Source: Gammaproteobacteria bacterium (GTDB taxonomy: Bacteria; Pseudomonadota; Gammaproteobacteria; Ga0077536). Taken from it: a stretch of 38,203 nucleotides of DNA. The translations under genes and the position numbers were made by a program. Within the stretch, counting starts at the first letter, position 1, and each line of letters begins with the position of its first letter. The stretch is from positions 1-38,203 of the forward strand of contig JAURMM010000089.1 of assembly GCA_030830685.1 (NCBI GenBank), written 5' to 3'. The notes under the pieces are model-generated. The model was not told the DNA's origin. It worked only from the letters and a program-made list of their open reading frames with translations, and did no database searches. This document shows, in pieces, positions 27,369 to 36,125 of the stretch.

Positions 27369-29021
27369 ATGTCTTTGAACCTACGCTTGCTGGTACTGCT
27401 CGCCGGTACCGCCCTCCCTTTTGCGGTCTTCGCCCAGGCCGCTGCCCCCGAGCGACAGCTGAACATCATTGCCATCGGCATGTTTGTGGTGTTCGTGGTG
27501 ATTTCCCTTGGAATCACGTTTTGGGCGGCACGTCGCACCCGTTCCACCAGTGATTTTCTGGCCGCGGGTGGACGCATTTCCGGCTTCCAAAACGGACTGG
27601 CTATCACCGGCGACTGGGTTTCCTCTGCAGCGCTGATGGGCATTGCCGCACTCATCTACAGTACCGGTTTTGATGGCCTCATCTACAGCGTGGTGCCGTT
27701 TGGCGCCTGGCCTCTGATGATGTTTCTGATGGCTGACCGCCTGCGCAATCTCGGCAAATACACCATCGCCGACATCGTGTCCGTACGTTTTTCCCGCATC
27801 CCGATGCGCACCCTGATCTCGCTGTCCAGCCTGGTTTTTGTCGTCGGCTATCTCATCGTGCAGATGGTGGGCGCGGGCACGCTTATCTCGAATCTCTTCG
27901 GAATCGACTACACCGTAGCCCAAGTCATCATCGGCATCCTCATCGTGCTGTATGTGGCATTCGGCGGCATGATCGCGACCACCTATGTACAGCTCGTCAA
28001 AGCAACGCTGCTGCTGTCCGGTGCATCTTTCATCTGCTTTGCCGCCCTGTTTCACTTTGATTGGTCAGTGGACGGCCTCTACGCGAGCGCGATAAGCAAT
28101 CATCCCCAGGGCATGAAGATTATGCAGCCCGGTGGTCTGTTGACCGAACCGGTTTCGGCCTTTTCCTGTGGACTGATGCTGCTGCTGGGTGGTGCAGCCA
28201 TGCCCCATGTGCTGATGCGCTTCTTCACAGTACCCGATGCACGCCAGGCGCGGCTCTCGGTCTTTTACGCCGCGAGCTTCATCGGCTACTTCTATCTGCT
28301 GACGTTCGTGATCGGCTATGCCGCCATCGCCATGGTGATGAAGGATCCCCGCTTCCTCGACGCCAACGGGCTCATCACCGGCGGTGCGAACATGGCGGCG
28401 ATCCACCTCTCCGAAGCAGTGGGTGGCAGTTTCTTTCTCGGCTTCATTTCAGCCGTTGCCTTCGCGACCATCGTGGCGGTGGTGGCGGGCCTCACGATCG
28501 CCGGTGCCTCAGCCATCTCGCATGACCTGTATGCCAACATCTTCCGCCACGGCAGGGCCACAGACGACCAGGTAGTCAAGGTATCGCGCATCTCCGCGGT
28601 GTGTCTCGGTGCCTTTGGTGTGGTGCTCGGCATCGCTTTCAAGGATCAGAACATTGCCTACATGATCACCATCCCGTTCACGGTGAGTTCTTCCGTGTTC
28701 TTTCCGATTCTCTTCCTGTCCATGTACTGGCGCGGGCTCACCACACGCGGGGCGGTGACCGGAGGTGCGGTGGGACTCGGTCTTGGTGTGATCCTGCTGT
28801 TCCTGGGCCCCACCATCTGGGGTGAAATCCTCGGTCACGGCGAGGGCATATTTCCCTATAAGTATCCGGCGCTGTTCACCATAATCGCCTCGTTCCTGAC
28901 GATGATCGTGGTTTCGAAGCTGGACAACAGTCCCCGCGCCAGACGCGAGCGCGCGGAGTTTGATGATCAGTTCGTGCGCTCCCAGACCGGCGTGGGCGCT
29001 GAGGCACCCGCGCAGCACTGA
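27369..29021 (+). CDS. ActP-like cation/monocarboxylate symporter (SSS family), copy 1, diverged
   Basis: FQNGLAITGD, LRNLGKYT, GGMIATTYVQ, PHVLMRFFTVPDA, GFISAVAFATI, ASAISHDLY. Confidence 0.9.
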   Translation: MSLNLRLLVLLAGTALPFAVFAQAAAPERQLNIIAIGMFVVFVVISLGITFWAARRTRSTSDFLAAGGRISGFQNGLAITGDWVSSAALMGIAALIYSTGFDGLIYSVVPFGAWPLMMFLMADRLRNLGKYTIADIVSVRFSRIPMRTLISLSSLVFVVGYLIVQMVGAGTLISNLFGIDYTVAQVIIGILIVLYVAFGGMIATTYVQLVKATLLLSGASFICFAALFHFDWSVDGLYASAISNHPQGMKIMQPGGLLTEPVSAFSCGLMLLLGGAAMPHVLMRFFTVPDARQARLSVFYAASFIGYFYLLTFVIGYAAIAMVMKDPRFLDANGLITGGANMAAIHLSEAVGGSFFLGFISAVAFATIVAVVAGLTIAGASAISHDLYANIFRHGRATDDQVVKVSRISAVCLGAFGVVLGIAFKDQNIAYMITIPFTVSSSVFFPILFLSMYWRGLTTRGAVTGGAVGLGLGVILLFLGPTIWGEILGHGEGIFPYKYPALFTIIASFLTMIVVSKLDNSPRARRERAEFDDQFVRSQTGVGAEAPAQH

Positions 29022-29041
29022 GTTCGGACGCGGCCTGCCCC

Positions 29042-29362
29042 ATGGACGCCTTGTACGCGCGCATCTCGGGCAATCCCGCGTTTCACGCCTTGCAGGCCCG
29101 GCGCAGCCGCCTCGCCTGGACGCTGTGCGCGGGCGTGCTCACCGCGTATTACGGTTTCATCCTGATGATTGCCTATGCCCCGGATACCTTCCGGAAACCC
29201 CTGCATGCAGATACCAGCGTTACGCTTGGCGTGGTCTGGGGAGCGGCCGTGGTCCTCGTCAGTGTCGGACTGACCGGCATGTACGTCTGGCGGGCCAACC
29301 GGGAATTCGACCGCCTGAATGCCCGGATCCTTGAAGAAGCGCACCGTGCACCACTGGGCTAG
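29042..29362 (+). CDS. DUF485 (YjcH-like) membrane protein, ActP partner, copy 2
   Basis: RISGNPAFHALQARRSR...YYGFILMIAY...YVWRANREFD. Confidence 0.9.
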   Translation: MDALYARISGNPAFHALQARRSRLAWTLCAGVLTAYYGFILMIAYAPDTFRKPLHADTSVTLGVVWGAAVVLVSVGLTGMYVWRANREFDRLNARILEEAHRAPLG

Positions 29363-30989
29363 GCTCGGTGCGCCTGTCGGGCTCGCGGCCCCCTTCGCAG
29401 CCCAGGCCGCGGAACCTGGCAAGGGCCTGAATCCGGTGGCAGTCGGCATGTTCACGGTGTTCGTGGCGGTGACACTGGTCGTGACCTACTGGGCCGCGCG
29501 CCGCACGCGCACGACGCGCGATTTCTTTGCCGCCGGCGGGCAGATCTCCGGTTTTCAGAACGGCCTCGCCATTGCCGGGGATTTCATGTCCGCCGCGACC
29601 TTCCTCGGCGTGACCGCACTCATCTTCGATTTCGGTTTCGATGGACTCATCTACGTGGTGGGCGGCATCGCCGGTTGGCCAATCGTGCTCTTTCTGCTTT
29701 CTGAGCGGCTCAAGAATCTTGGCAAGTTCACCTTTGCCGATGCCGTTTCCATGCGCCTTGCCTCCACCCCGCTCAGGACCCTGGCGGCCACCGGCTCGCT
29801 CTTTGCGGTCGTGCTTTATCTCATTGGTCAGATGGTGGGGGCGGGCAAACTCATCGAAGTCTTGTTCGGCATCGAGTATCAGGCAGCCGTCATCACCATC
29901 GGTATACTGATGGTGCTCTACGTCAGCTTCGGAGGCATGATCGCCACCACCTGGGTGCAGATCATCAAGGCCACACTCCTGCTGGCCGGCGGCAGCATAC
30001 TGTCATGGCTGGTCATGCAACGTTTCGGCTTTTCGTTTGATGCCCTGCTCCGCGAGGCAACCGCGCACCATGCGCAAGGCGACGGCATGTTGCGGCCGGG
30101 ACTGATGACCCATGATCCCGTGTCCACACTCTCTTTGGGTACCACTCTCGTCCTCGGCACGGCAGGACTGCCGCACATCCTGATGCGGTTCTTCACGGTC
30201 CCCAGTGCCGTGGAAGCGCGACGCTCGGTGTTCTTTGCCACCGGTTTCATCGGCTATTTCTACCTGCTCATCTTCGTGCTCGGCTTTGGCGCCATCGCGC
30301 TCGTGACGCGCGAGGCCGGTTATTTTGATGCGGCAACCGGCAAGCTCATCGGCGGTGGTAACATGGCCGCCATACATCTCTCCCATGCCGTGGGGGGCGA
30401 TGTATTCCTGGGCTTCATCTCCGCCGTGTGCTTCGCCACCATCCTCGCGGTGGTCTCGGGACTCACGCTCTCCGGCGCATCGGCCATCTCGCACGATCTC
30501 TATACGAATGTCTTCCGTCCGCACGCAACGGAACAAGAAGCCGTGCGGGTTTCAAAAATTGCGGCGTTGGGGCTCGGCGCGCTGGCAGTGATGCTGGGCC
30601 TCCTGTTTGAAGCCCAGAACGTGGCTTATATGGTCCTGCTCGCTTTCTCGATCGGTGCGAGCGTCAACTTTCCGCTCTTGTTCTTCGCGATGTACTGGAA
30701 GGAATTCACCACGCGGGGCGCCCTGCTGGGAGGCATCATGGGGCTCACGGTTGCAGTGGGCGGGATAGTCTTCGGCCCCACGGTGTGGGTGGATCTGCTG
30801 GGCCATGAGAGCCCGCTCTTTCCCTGGAAATATCCGGCGCTCTTCGCGCTCGCAGCTTCCGTGACCGGGAGTATCGTCGGCTCGCTCTGCGATCGCGGGC
30901 CACGAGCCACCCGCGAGCGCGCGGCCTTTGCAGCCCAGTATGTGCGGTCTCAGACAGGATTGGGGGCGGAGGGGGCCAGCGTCCACTGA
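29346..30989 (+). CDS. actP: Cation/acetate symporter ActP, copy 2 (canonical motifs)
   Basis: QNGLAIAGDFMSAATFLG, LGKFTFAD, GGMIATTWVQIIKA, GTAGLPHILMRFFTVP. Probable GTG start at 29346 overlapping the DUF485 gene (start uncertain). Confidence 0.88.
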   Translation: MHHWARLGAPVGLAAPFAAQAAEPGKGLNPVAVGMFTVFVAVTLVVTYWAARRTRTTRDFFAAGGQISGFQNGLAIAGDFMSAATFLGVTALIFDFGFDGLIYVVGGIAGWPIVLFLLSERLKNLGKFTFADAVSMRLASTPLRTLAATGSLFAVVLYLIGQMVGAGKLIEVLFGIEYQAAVITIGILMVLYVSFGGMIATTWVQIIKATLLLAGGSILSWLVMQRFGFSFDALLREATAHHAQGDGMLRPGLMTHDPVSTLSLGTTLVLGTAGLPHILMRFFTVPSAVEARRSVFFATGFIGYFYLLIFVLGFGAIALVTREAGYFDAATGKLIGGGNMAAIHLSHAVGGDVFLGFISAVCFATILAVVSGLTLSGASAISHDLYTNVFRPHATEQEAVRVSKIAALGLGALAVMLGLLFEAQNVAYMVLLAFSIGASVNFPLLFFAMYWKEFTTRGALLGGIMGLTVAVGGIVFGPTVWVDLLGHESPLFPWKYPALFALAASVTGSIVGSLCDRGPRATRERAAFAAQYVRSQTGLGAEGASVH

Positions 30990-31012
30990 CGAGGCCCCCC
31001 GGTGCAGGTCGC

Positions 31013-31513
31013 TCAGCGCTTGAACAGTCCGATCAGGCTGGCCTTTTCCACGGTGTGGAAGTTCAGGTAGAAGCCGAGGATGGCCGAGGTGGTCTTGGTA
31101 CTCACCGGAAGTTGCGCAAGGCTCACCGCATGCACCGTGAAGATGTAGCGATGCACGTTATGTCCTTCCGGTGCGCAGGGACCACCGTAACCCGGCTCAC
31201 CGAAATCCGTCATCACCTCCACCGCGCCCGCCGGCATCTTGCCAGCCTTGGGATCTCCAGCCCCCAACGGCAGCGATCGCACTTCCGCCGGAATGTTCGC
31301 CACTGCCCAATGCCAGAAACCGCTGCCCGTCGGGGCGTCGGGGTCGTAGCAAGTCACCGCAAAACTCCGCGTGCCCTCCGGTACGTTCTGCCAGCTCAAC
31401 TGGGGTGACAGATTGTTGCCTTTGCAGCCGAAGCCATAAGCTTCCGACAGCACGTGTTGCGGCCCCAGGAAGTCGCCTTCCTGGAAGTTCTCACTCGTCA
31501 GTATCAGGCCCAT
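31013..31513 (-). CDS. YbhB/YbcL family Raf-kinase-inhibitor-like (PEBP) protein
   Basis: SPQLSW, YDPDAPTGSGFWHW, YGGPCAP, HRYIFTVHA. Confidence 0.92.
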   Translation of the reverse strand: MGLILTSENFQEGDFLGPQHVLSEAYGFGCKGNNLSPQLSWQNVPEGTRSFAVTCYDPDAPTGSGFWHWAVANIPAEVRSLPLGAGDPKAGKMPAGAVEVMTDFGEPGYGGPCAPEGHNVHRYIFTVHAVSLAQLPVSTKTTSAILGFYLNFHTVEKASLIGLFKR

Positions 31514-31534
31514 CTCGATGTCTCTCCTTCCCGC

Positions 31535-32935
31535 TCAGCCCGCACGCAGGGCGGTGAGCACTTCATCCAGCATCTTCTTGGCGTCGCCAAAGAGCATGCG
31601 ATTGTTTTCCTTGTAGAAGAGCGGATTGTCCACACCGGCGTAGCCGGAGGCCATGGAGCGCTTCATCACGATGGAGGTGCGAGCCTTCCAGACCTCGAGC
31701 ACCGGCATGCCGGCAATGGGGCTGTTGGGATCGTCCTGGGCAGCCGGATTCACGATGTCATTGGCGCCGATCACCATGGTGACATCCGTTTCCGGAAACT
31801 CATGGTTGATCTCTTCCATTTCCGCCACGATGTCATAAGGCACCTTGGCCTCCGCGAGCAACACGTTCATGTGTCCGGGCATGCGGCCCGCCACCGGATG
31901 GATTGCGAAGTGCACGTCCGCACCGCGCTCACGCAGCAGCTTGGTGATCTCGAACACCGTATGCTGAGCCTGAGCCACGGCCATGCCGTAGCCCGGCACA
32001 AGAATAATCTTGCTGGCATTGCGCAGGAGCTCGGCAGTTTCTTCCGCACTGATGGGCTGAACCTCACCCTGCGGACCCTCGCCGGAAGTGACGGTACCGG
32101 TGCCTGTGCCAAAGCCGCCCGCGATGACGCTGAAGAAGTGGCGGTTCATGGCGCGGCACATGATGTAGGACAGAATCGCACCCGAGGAGCCCACCAGCGC
32201 GCCGACCACAATCAGCAGATCGTTGCCGAGCATGAACCCGGTGGCAGACGCGGCCCAGCCCGAGTAGCTGTTGAGCATCGACACCACCACCGGCATGTCG
32301 GCGCCGCCGATGGCCATCACCATGTGGATGCCAAACACCAGTGAGATGCCGGTCATGATAAGCAGGCACAGCGTGCCGCCCCAGCCGGATTCGGCATTCA
32401 GGAACAGGTTGCCGAAGAAGATCACCGCCAACAGCGCCACCAGATTGAGATAGTGGCGGCCCGGCAGCAGCAAGGGCTTGCCACCGATTTTGCCGGAGAG
32501 CTTGCCAAAGGCGATCACGGAGCCGGAGAAGGTCACGGCACCGATCAGGATGCCGATATAGATCTCCACCTCATGGATGGTCTTCTCCACGCCTTCGAAG
32601 TGCATCGAGGTGTCGAAGAACGTGGCGTAGCCGATGAGCACTGCCGCCAGACCCACCAGGCTGTGCATCAGCGCCACCAGCTCCGGCATCTCGGTCATCT
32701 GCACGCGATGCGCGGCATACCAGCCGATGCCTCCACCAAGTGCCATGGTGATGAGAATCGGCCACAGGCTCGTGACCTTCGGACCCAGCACAGTGGCGAG
32801 GATCGCAATGGTCATCGCGGCAATGCCGTAGTAATTGCCGCGACGCGAAGTCTCGGGGTTAGAAAGGCCGCCCAGACTCAGGATGAAGAGCACCGTGGCG
32901 GCGATGTATGAAACAGTTACCAGACCTTCGCTCAT
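31535..32935 (-). CDS. pntB: NAD(P) transhydrogenase beta subunit
   Basis: [69 protein letters not shown]. Confidence 0.97.
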   Translation of the reverse strand: MSEGLVTVSYIAATVLFILSLGGLSNPETSRRGNYYGIAAMTIAILATVLGPKVTSLWPILITMALGGGIGWYAAHRVQMTEMPELVALMHSLVGLAAVLIGYATFFDTSMHFEGVEKTIHEVEIYIGILIGAVTFSGSVIAFGKLSGKIGGKPLLLPGRHYLNLVALLAVIFFGNLFLNAESGWGGTLCLLIMTGISLVFGIHMVMAIGGADMPVVVSMLNSYSGWAASATGFMLGNDLLIVVGALVGSSGAILSYIMCRAMNRHFFSVIAGGFGTGTGTVTSGEGPQGEVQPISAEETAELLRNASKIILVPGYGMAVAQAQHTVFEITKLLRERGADVHFAIHPVAGRMPGHMNVLLAEAKVPYDIVAEMEEINHEFPETDVTMVIGANDIVNPAAQDDPNSPIAGMPVLEVWKARTSIVMKRSMASGYAGVDNPLFYKENNRMLFGDAKKMLDEVLTALRAG

Positions 32936-32938
32936 GAC

Positions 32939-34507
32939 TTACTCCGATCGCCGGAACATGCGCAGCATGCGCTGGGTGACGGCGAAACCGCCGACCATGT
33001 TGATGGTGGTGAGAATCAGCGCGAGCCCTGCCAGCAGGGTCATCATGAAGCCTGGCGCCGACACCTGGATGAGTGCCCCGATCGCAATGATGCTGCTGAT
33101 GGCGTTGGTCACGCTCATCAGCGGCGTATGCAGGGCAGGCGTCACGTTCCAGATCACCATGTAGCCCACGAAGCAGGCCAGCACGAACACCATCAGGTGC
33201 GACATGAAGGCCGCGGGCGCAACAGTCCCCAGCCAGAAGAGGCCGAGTCCGGCGGCTACCAGCACCACCAGCGGCTGCAGGGCTGGCGGAATCAACGGTT
33301 TCTTTTCCGGGACCACCGGAGCCGCAGCAGCGGGCTTGGCGCCAGCCGGGGGCGCTGCAGAGAGCTTCGGTGCCGGCGGTGGCCAGGTGATTTCGCCTTC
33401 TTTCACCACGGTCGCGCCGCGGATCATCTCGTCTTCCATGTTCACTACGGCCACACCATCCTTGGCCGTGCAAAGTTCTTCCAGAAGGCGCAGCAGGTTG
33501 GTGGCGTAGAGCTGGCTCGACTGGCGCGCCATGCGGCTCGGGAGATCGGTGTAGCCGACGATCGTCACACCATGACGCTGCACCACCTCACCAGGCACGG
33601 TGCAGGCACAGTTACCGCCCTGCTCGGAGGCGAGGTCAACAATGACGCTGCCGTCCTGCATGGACTTGACCATCTCTTCGCTGATGAGCTTGGGCGCCGG
33701 CTTGCCGGGAATCAGCGCGGTGGTGATGACCACGTCCACTTCGCGGCATTGCTTGGCGATGGCATCGGCCTGGGCCTTCTGGTAGCCCTCGCTCATCACC
33801 TTGGCATAGCCGCCGGTGCCTTCACCCTCTTCCTGGTAGTCGACGCTCACGAAGTCGGCGCCAAGACTCTTCACCTGATCCTTGACCTCCGGACGGGTGT
33901 CCATGGCGCGCACGATGGCGCCGAGGCCATTGGCAGCGCCGATGGCCGCAAGACCGGCCACCCCGGCGCCGATCACGAAGACCTTGGCGGGCGGGACCTT
34001 GCCGGCCGCCGTGACCTGGCCGGTGAAGAAACGACCGAAATTCTGTGCCGCCTCGATGACCGCGCGGTAGCCCGCGATGTTGGCCATGGAGCTGAGCGCA
34101 TCCAGCTTCTGCGCGCGGGAGATGCGTGGCACGCTGTCCATGGCAAGCACGGTCGCCTTGCGTGCCGCGAGCTTGTCCATGAGATCAGGGTTCTGGGCTG
34201 GCCAGAGGAAAGAGATGAGCGTCGCGCCCTCGCGCAGCAGGTCCACCTCGTGGCAGCCGAGCGAAGGGTGCTGCTCAGGTGCGCGCACCTTCAGCACGAT
34301 ATCCGAGTCCGCCCAGAGCTTTGCCGTATCGTCGACTATCTCGACACCGACGTCCGAGTAAGCCTCGTCAGACAGATCTGCCGCGAGGCCCGCCCCCTTC
34401 TGCAGAGCGACGGTGAAGCCCAGCTTGATGAGCTTGCCCGCCACCTCCGGCGTGGTTGCCACGCGGCGTTCGCCCGCATGGATCTCCTGTGGAATCCCGA
34501 TACGCAA
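32939..34507 (-). CDS. pntA: NAD(P) transhydrogenase alpha subunit (single chain)
   Basis: GERRVATTPE, PRISRAQKLDALSSM, GAGVAGL, TTALIPG, TPALHTPLMSVTNAIS. TTG start after a GGAGA SD. Confidence 0.96.
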   Translation of the reverse strand: MRIGIPQEIHAGERRVATTPEVAGKLIKLGFTVALQKGAGLAADLSDEAYSDVGVEIVDDTAKLWADSDIVLKVRAPEQHPSLGCHEVDLLREGATLISFLWPAQNPDLMDKLAARKATVLAMDSVPRISRAQKLDALSSMANIAGYRAVIEAAQNFGRFFTGQVTAAGKVPPAKVFVIGAGVAGLAAIGAANGLGAIVRAMDTRPEVKDQVKSLGADFVSVDYQEEGEGTGGYAKVMSEGYQKAQADAIAKQCREVDVVITTALIPGKPAPKLISEEMVKSMQDGSVIVDLASEQGGNCACTVPGEVVQRHGVTIVGYTDLPSRMARQSSQLYATNLLRLLEELCTAKDGVAVVNMEDEMIRGATVVKEGEITWPPPAPKLSAAPPAGAKPAAAAPVVPEKKPLIPPALQPLVVLVAAGLGLFWLGTVAPAAFMSHLMVFVLACFVGYMVIWNVTPALHTPLMSVTNAISSIIAIGALIQVSAPGFMMTLLAGLALILTTINMVGGFAVTQRMLRMFRRSE

Positions 34508-34677
34508 TGGAAATCTCCTTTCAGAAAAAGCCCGCCGGGCGCAGCGACGCCCGGATTGTCCGCAGTGGCCGAGGCCCCTCGCCCAGGGGCCATTCCAGAT
34601 TCAGGTTCATCCAGGTCCGGCACGCCTGATTCGGTGCATCGGGCGTGGTCCATACTGAAGCGTATGGAGGGAGGGCG

Positions 34678-34695
34678 ATGTTGTACTGCAGTATT
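34678..34695. promoter_or_regulatory. Putative PhaR-type box (ATGTTGTACTGCAGTATT) upstream of pntA
   Basis: Near-palindromic TG(T)-N3-GCA with A/T flanks, similar to the phaP boxes. Confidence 0.35.
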
Positions 34696-34741
34696 GTGGC
34701 AAGTCGCGGCCGGAACCGCCAGTGTCCGGGCGGTCCCAGCC

Positions 34742-35704
34742 TCAGCGGCGGAGCAGGTCCACCACCTCACCCAGCCGGTCGAGGCCCTCCTCATGCCAAG
34801 GATGAGGGATGACCGAGACATGCTCGGCACCCGCCTCGGCATACTCGGCAAAGCGGTCCGCGATTTCCTGCAGGGAACCCCGGAACGGGACGGCGCTTGG
34901 CATCGGCCTGAAAGGCCCCGAGGTAAAGTCGACGGCCACCGTGGCGCCTTGCGACAGCGAGGCCGGGTCCCGACCCCATTTCTCGCAGGCGGCCTCGATT
35001 GGGGCCCAGGCATCGCGATAGGACTGCAGTGCACTGTCACCAAAGGCAATCATGCAGTTCCACATGTCGGCCTGCTGGGCCACCAGGCGTGACATGCGCG
35101 GCTTGCCCTTGAGGGTGCCTATCATCAATGGCGGTGCAGAGAAGGCAGATTTGGGCAGCAGCGCCGCATCTTCCACGCGATGGAACTCGCCCTGAAAGGT
35201 TACGGTATCACCACGCAGCAGCGGCTTGATGATCTGCAGGCTCTCCTCGAAGCGCGCAACGTGGCGGGTGAAATCAAAACCATAGGCCTGGTGCTCGGAG
35301 ACAAAATCCCCCGCCCCCAGCCCGAGGATGAGGCGTCCTGTGCTGAGCTCGGTCACGTTGTCGACCATGCGCGCCAGAAGCGCCGGATTGCGGAAGGTGC
35401 TGTTGCAGACGAGGGTGCCGATGTGGATGCGGTGCGTGGTGGCCGCGACTGCAGCCGCAGCCGTCCAACACTCCCATTGGCCGCCCTTCACGCCCTTGAG
35501 TTCCTCCGGCAACTCGAGGCCGACGGCGCGAAAGTCGACATAGGCCTCCCAATACAGGTGGTCCGTCAGCCACACGCTGTCGAGCCCAACTGCCTCGGCA
35601 TGGCGTGCGAAAGAGAGATTGCGCGCGAGCCCGGCGGTCTCCCCCGCCAAGGAGCCGTTCCACAGCGGTAACAGGACACCGAGTTTGAGATCCCTGGGCG
35701 ACAT
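34742..35704 (-). CDS. Luciferase-like (LLM) flavin/F420-dependent oxidoreductase
   Basis: DSVWLTDH, WECWTAAAAVAATT, GTLVCNSTFRNPALLARM, GRLILGLGAG. Start at ATG 35704 after GAGGAG. Confidence 0.88.
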   Translation of the reverse strand: MSPRDLKLGVLLPLWNGSLAGETAGLARNLSFARHAEAVGLDSVWLTDHLYWEAYVDFRAVGLELPEELKGVKGGQWECWTAAAAVAATTHRIHIGTLVCNSTFRNPALLARMVDNVTELSTGRLILGLGAGDFVSEHQAYGFDFTRHVARFEESLQIIKPLLRGDTVTFQGEFHRVEDAALLPKSAFSAPPLMIGTLKGKPRMSRLVAQQADMWNCMIAFGDSALQSYRDAWAPIEAACEKWGRDPASLSQGATVAVDFTSGPFRPMPSAVPFRGSLQEIADRFAEYAEAGAEHVSVIPHPWHEEGLDRLGEVVDLLRR

Positions 35705-35739
35705 GCAATGTCTCCTCATGCATACCAATGGGGTGGCAG

Positions 35740-35768
35740 TTGCCGGTTCTCAGAGCCGCCCGCAGAAT
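35740..35768 (+). promoter_or_regulatory. Putative sigma70 promoter of the tRNA (TTGCCG-N17-CAGAAT)
   Basis: Hexamers with a 17-bp spacer ending 8 nt before the tRNA 5' end. Confidence 0.55.
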
Positions 35769-35776
35769 AACACCAC

Positions 35777-35853
35777 GCGCCCATAGCTCAGTTGGATAGA
35801 GTACCTGGCTTCGAACCAGGTGGTCGGAGGTTCGAGTCCTTCTGGGCGCGCCA
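35777..35853 (+). tRNA. tRNA-Arg, anticodon TCG (35811-35813)
   Basis: 77-nt cloverleaf: acceptor GCGCCCA/TGGGCGC, D arm GCTC-AGTTGGATA-GAGT, anticodon stem CCTGG/CCAGG with loop CT-TCG-AA, T loop TTCGAGT, discriminator G, encoded CCA. Confidence 0.95.
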
Positions 35854-35987
35854 TTTTCCCCGTGTCCGGTCTTCAGACAGAAGTGGCAAAACCGGTTCCC
35901 GAGCGGCAGATCCAGGGTTTGTACCGCGTCGTGCCCATGTCCCGCCAGCCATCGCGTAAACCGCTGGTGCGATCACGAATTCTTGCG

Positions 35988-36062
35988 TGCAGTGCAATAT
36001 CCCGGCTGACACGAAAGTCATGTCTCGCGTCGTTTACAGCTCCCGCAGAGCCTCTCTAATAT
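35988..36062 (+). promoter_or_regulatory. PhaR-type box TGCAGTGCA (35988-35996) and putative promoter TTTACA-N18-TAATAT upstream of the LLM gene
   Basis: Motifs read directly from the intergenic sequence. Confidence 0.35.
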
Positions 36063-36125
36063 CGGGTCGTGGCGCCGTATCCCGGCCGCCAAATCATTAC
36101 AACAGCAGCATGGGGGAGGCTTCCG

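Noticed and set aside
27027-30989. Tandem DUF485-ActP as an assembly duplication artefact
   Set aside because: The two copies differ extensively in protein sequence, indicating old paralogues.
33128-35092. 654-aa plus-strand ORF
   Set aside because: Antisense shadow of pntA and the LLM gene; no SD or domain signature.
2979-36125. Long N-terminal extensions in the ORF track (sucA 2979, gltA 2819, phaC 13136, regulator 16690, YkvI 19911, MFS 20583, LLM 36069)
   Set aside because: Downstream ATGs fit family N-termini and mostly have SD sequences or stop/start overlaps; the extensions run into neighbouring genes or promoters.
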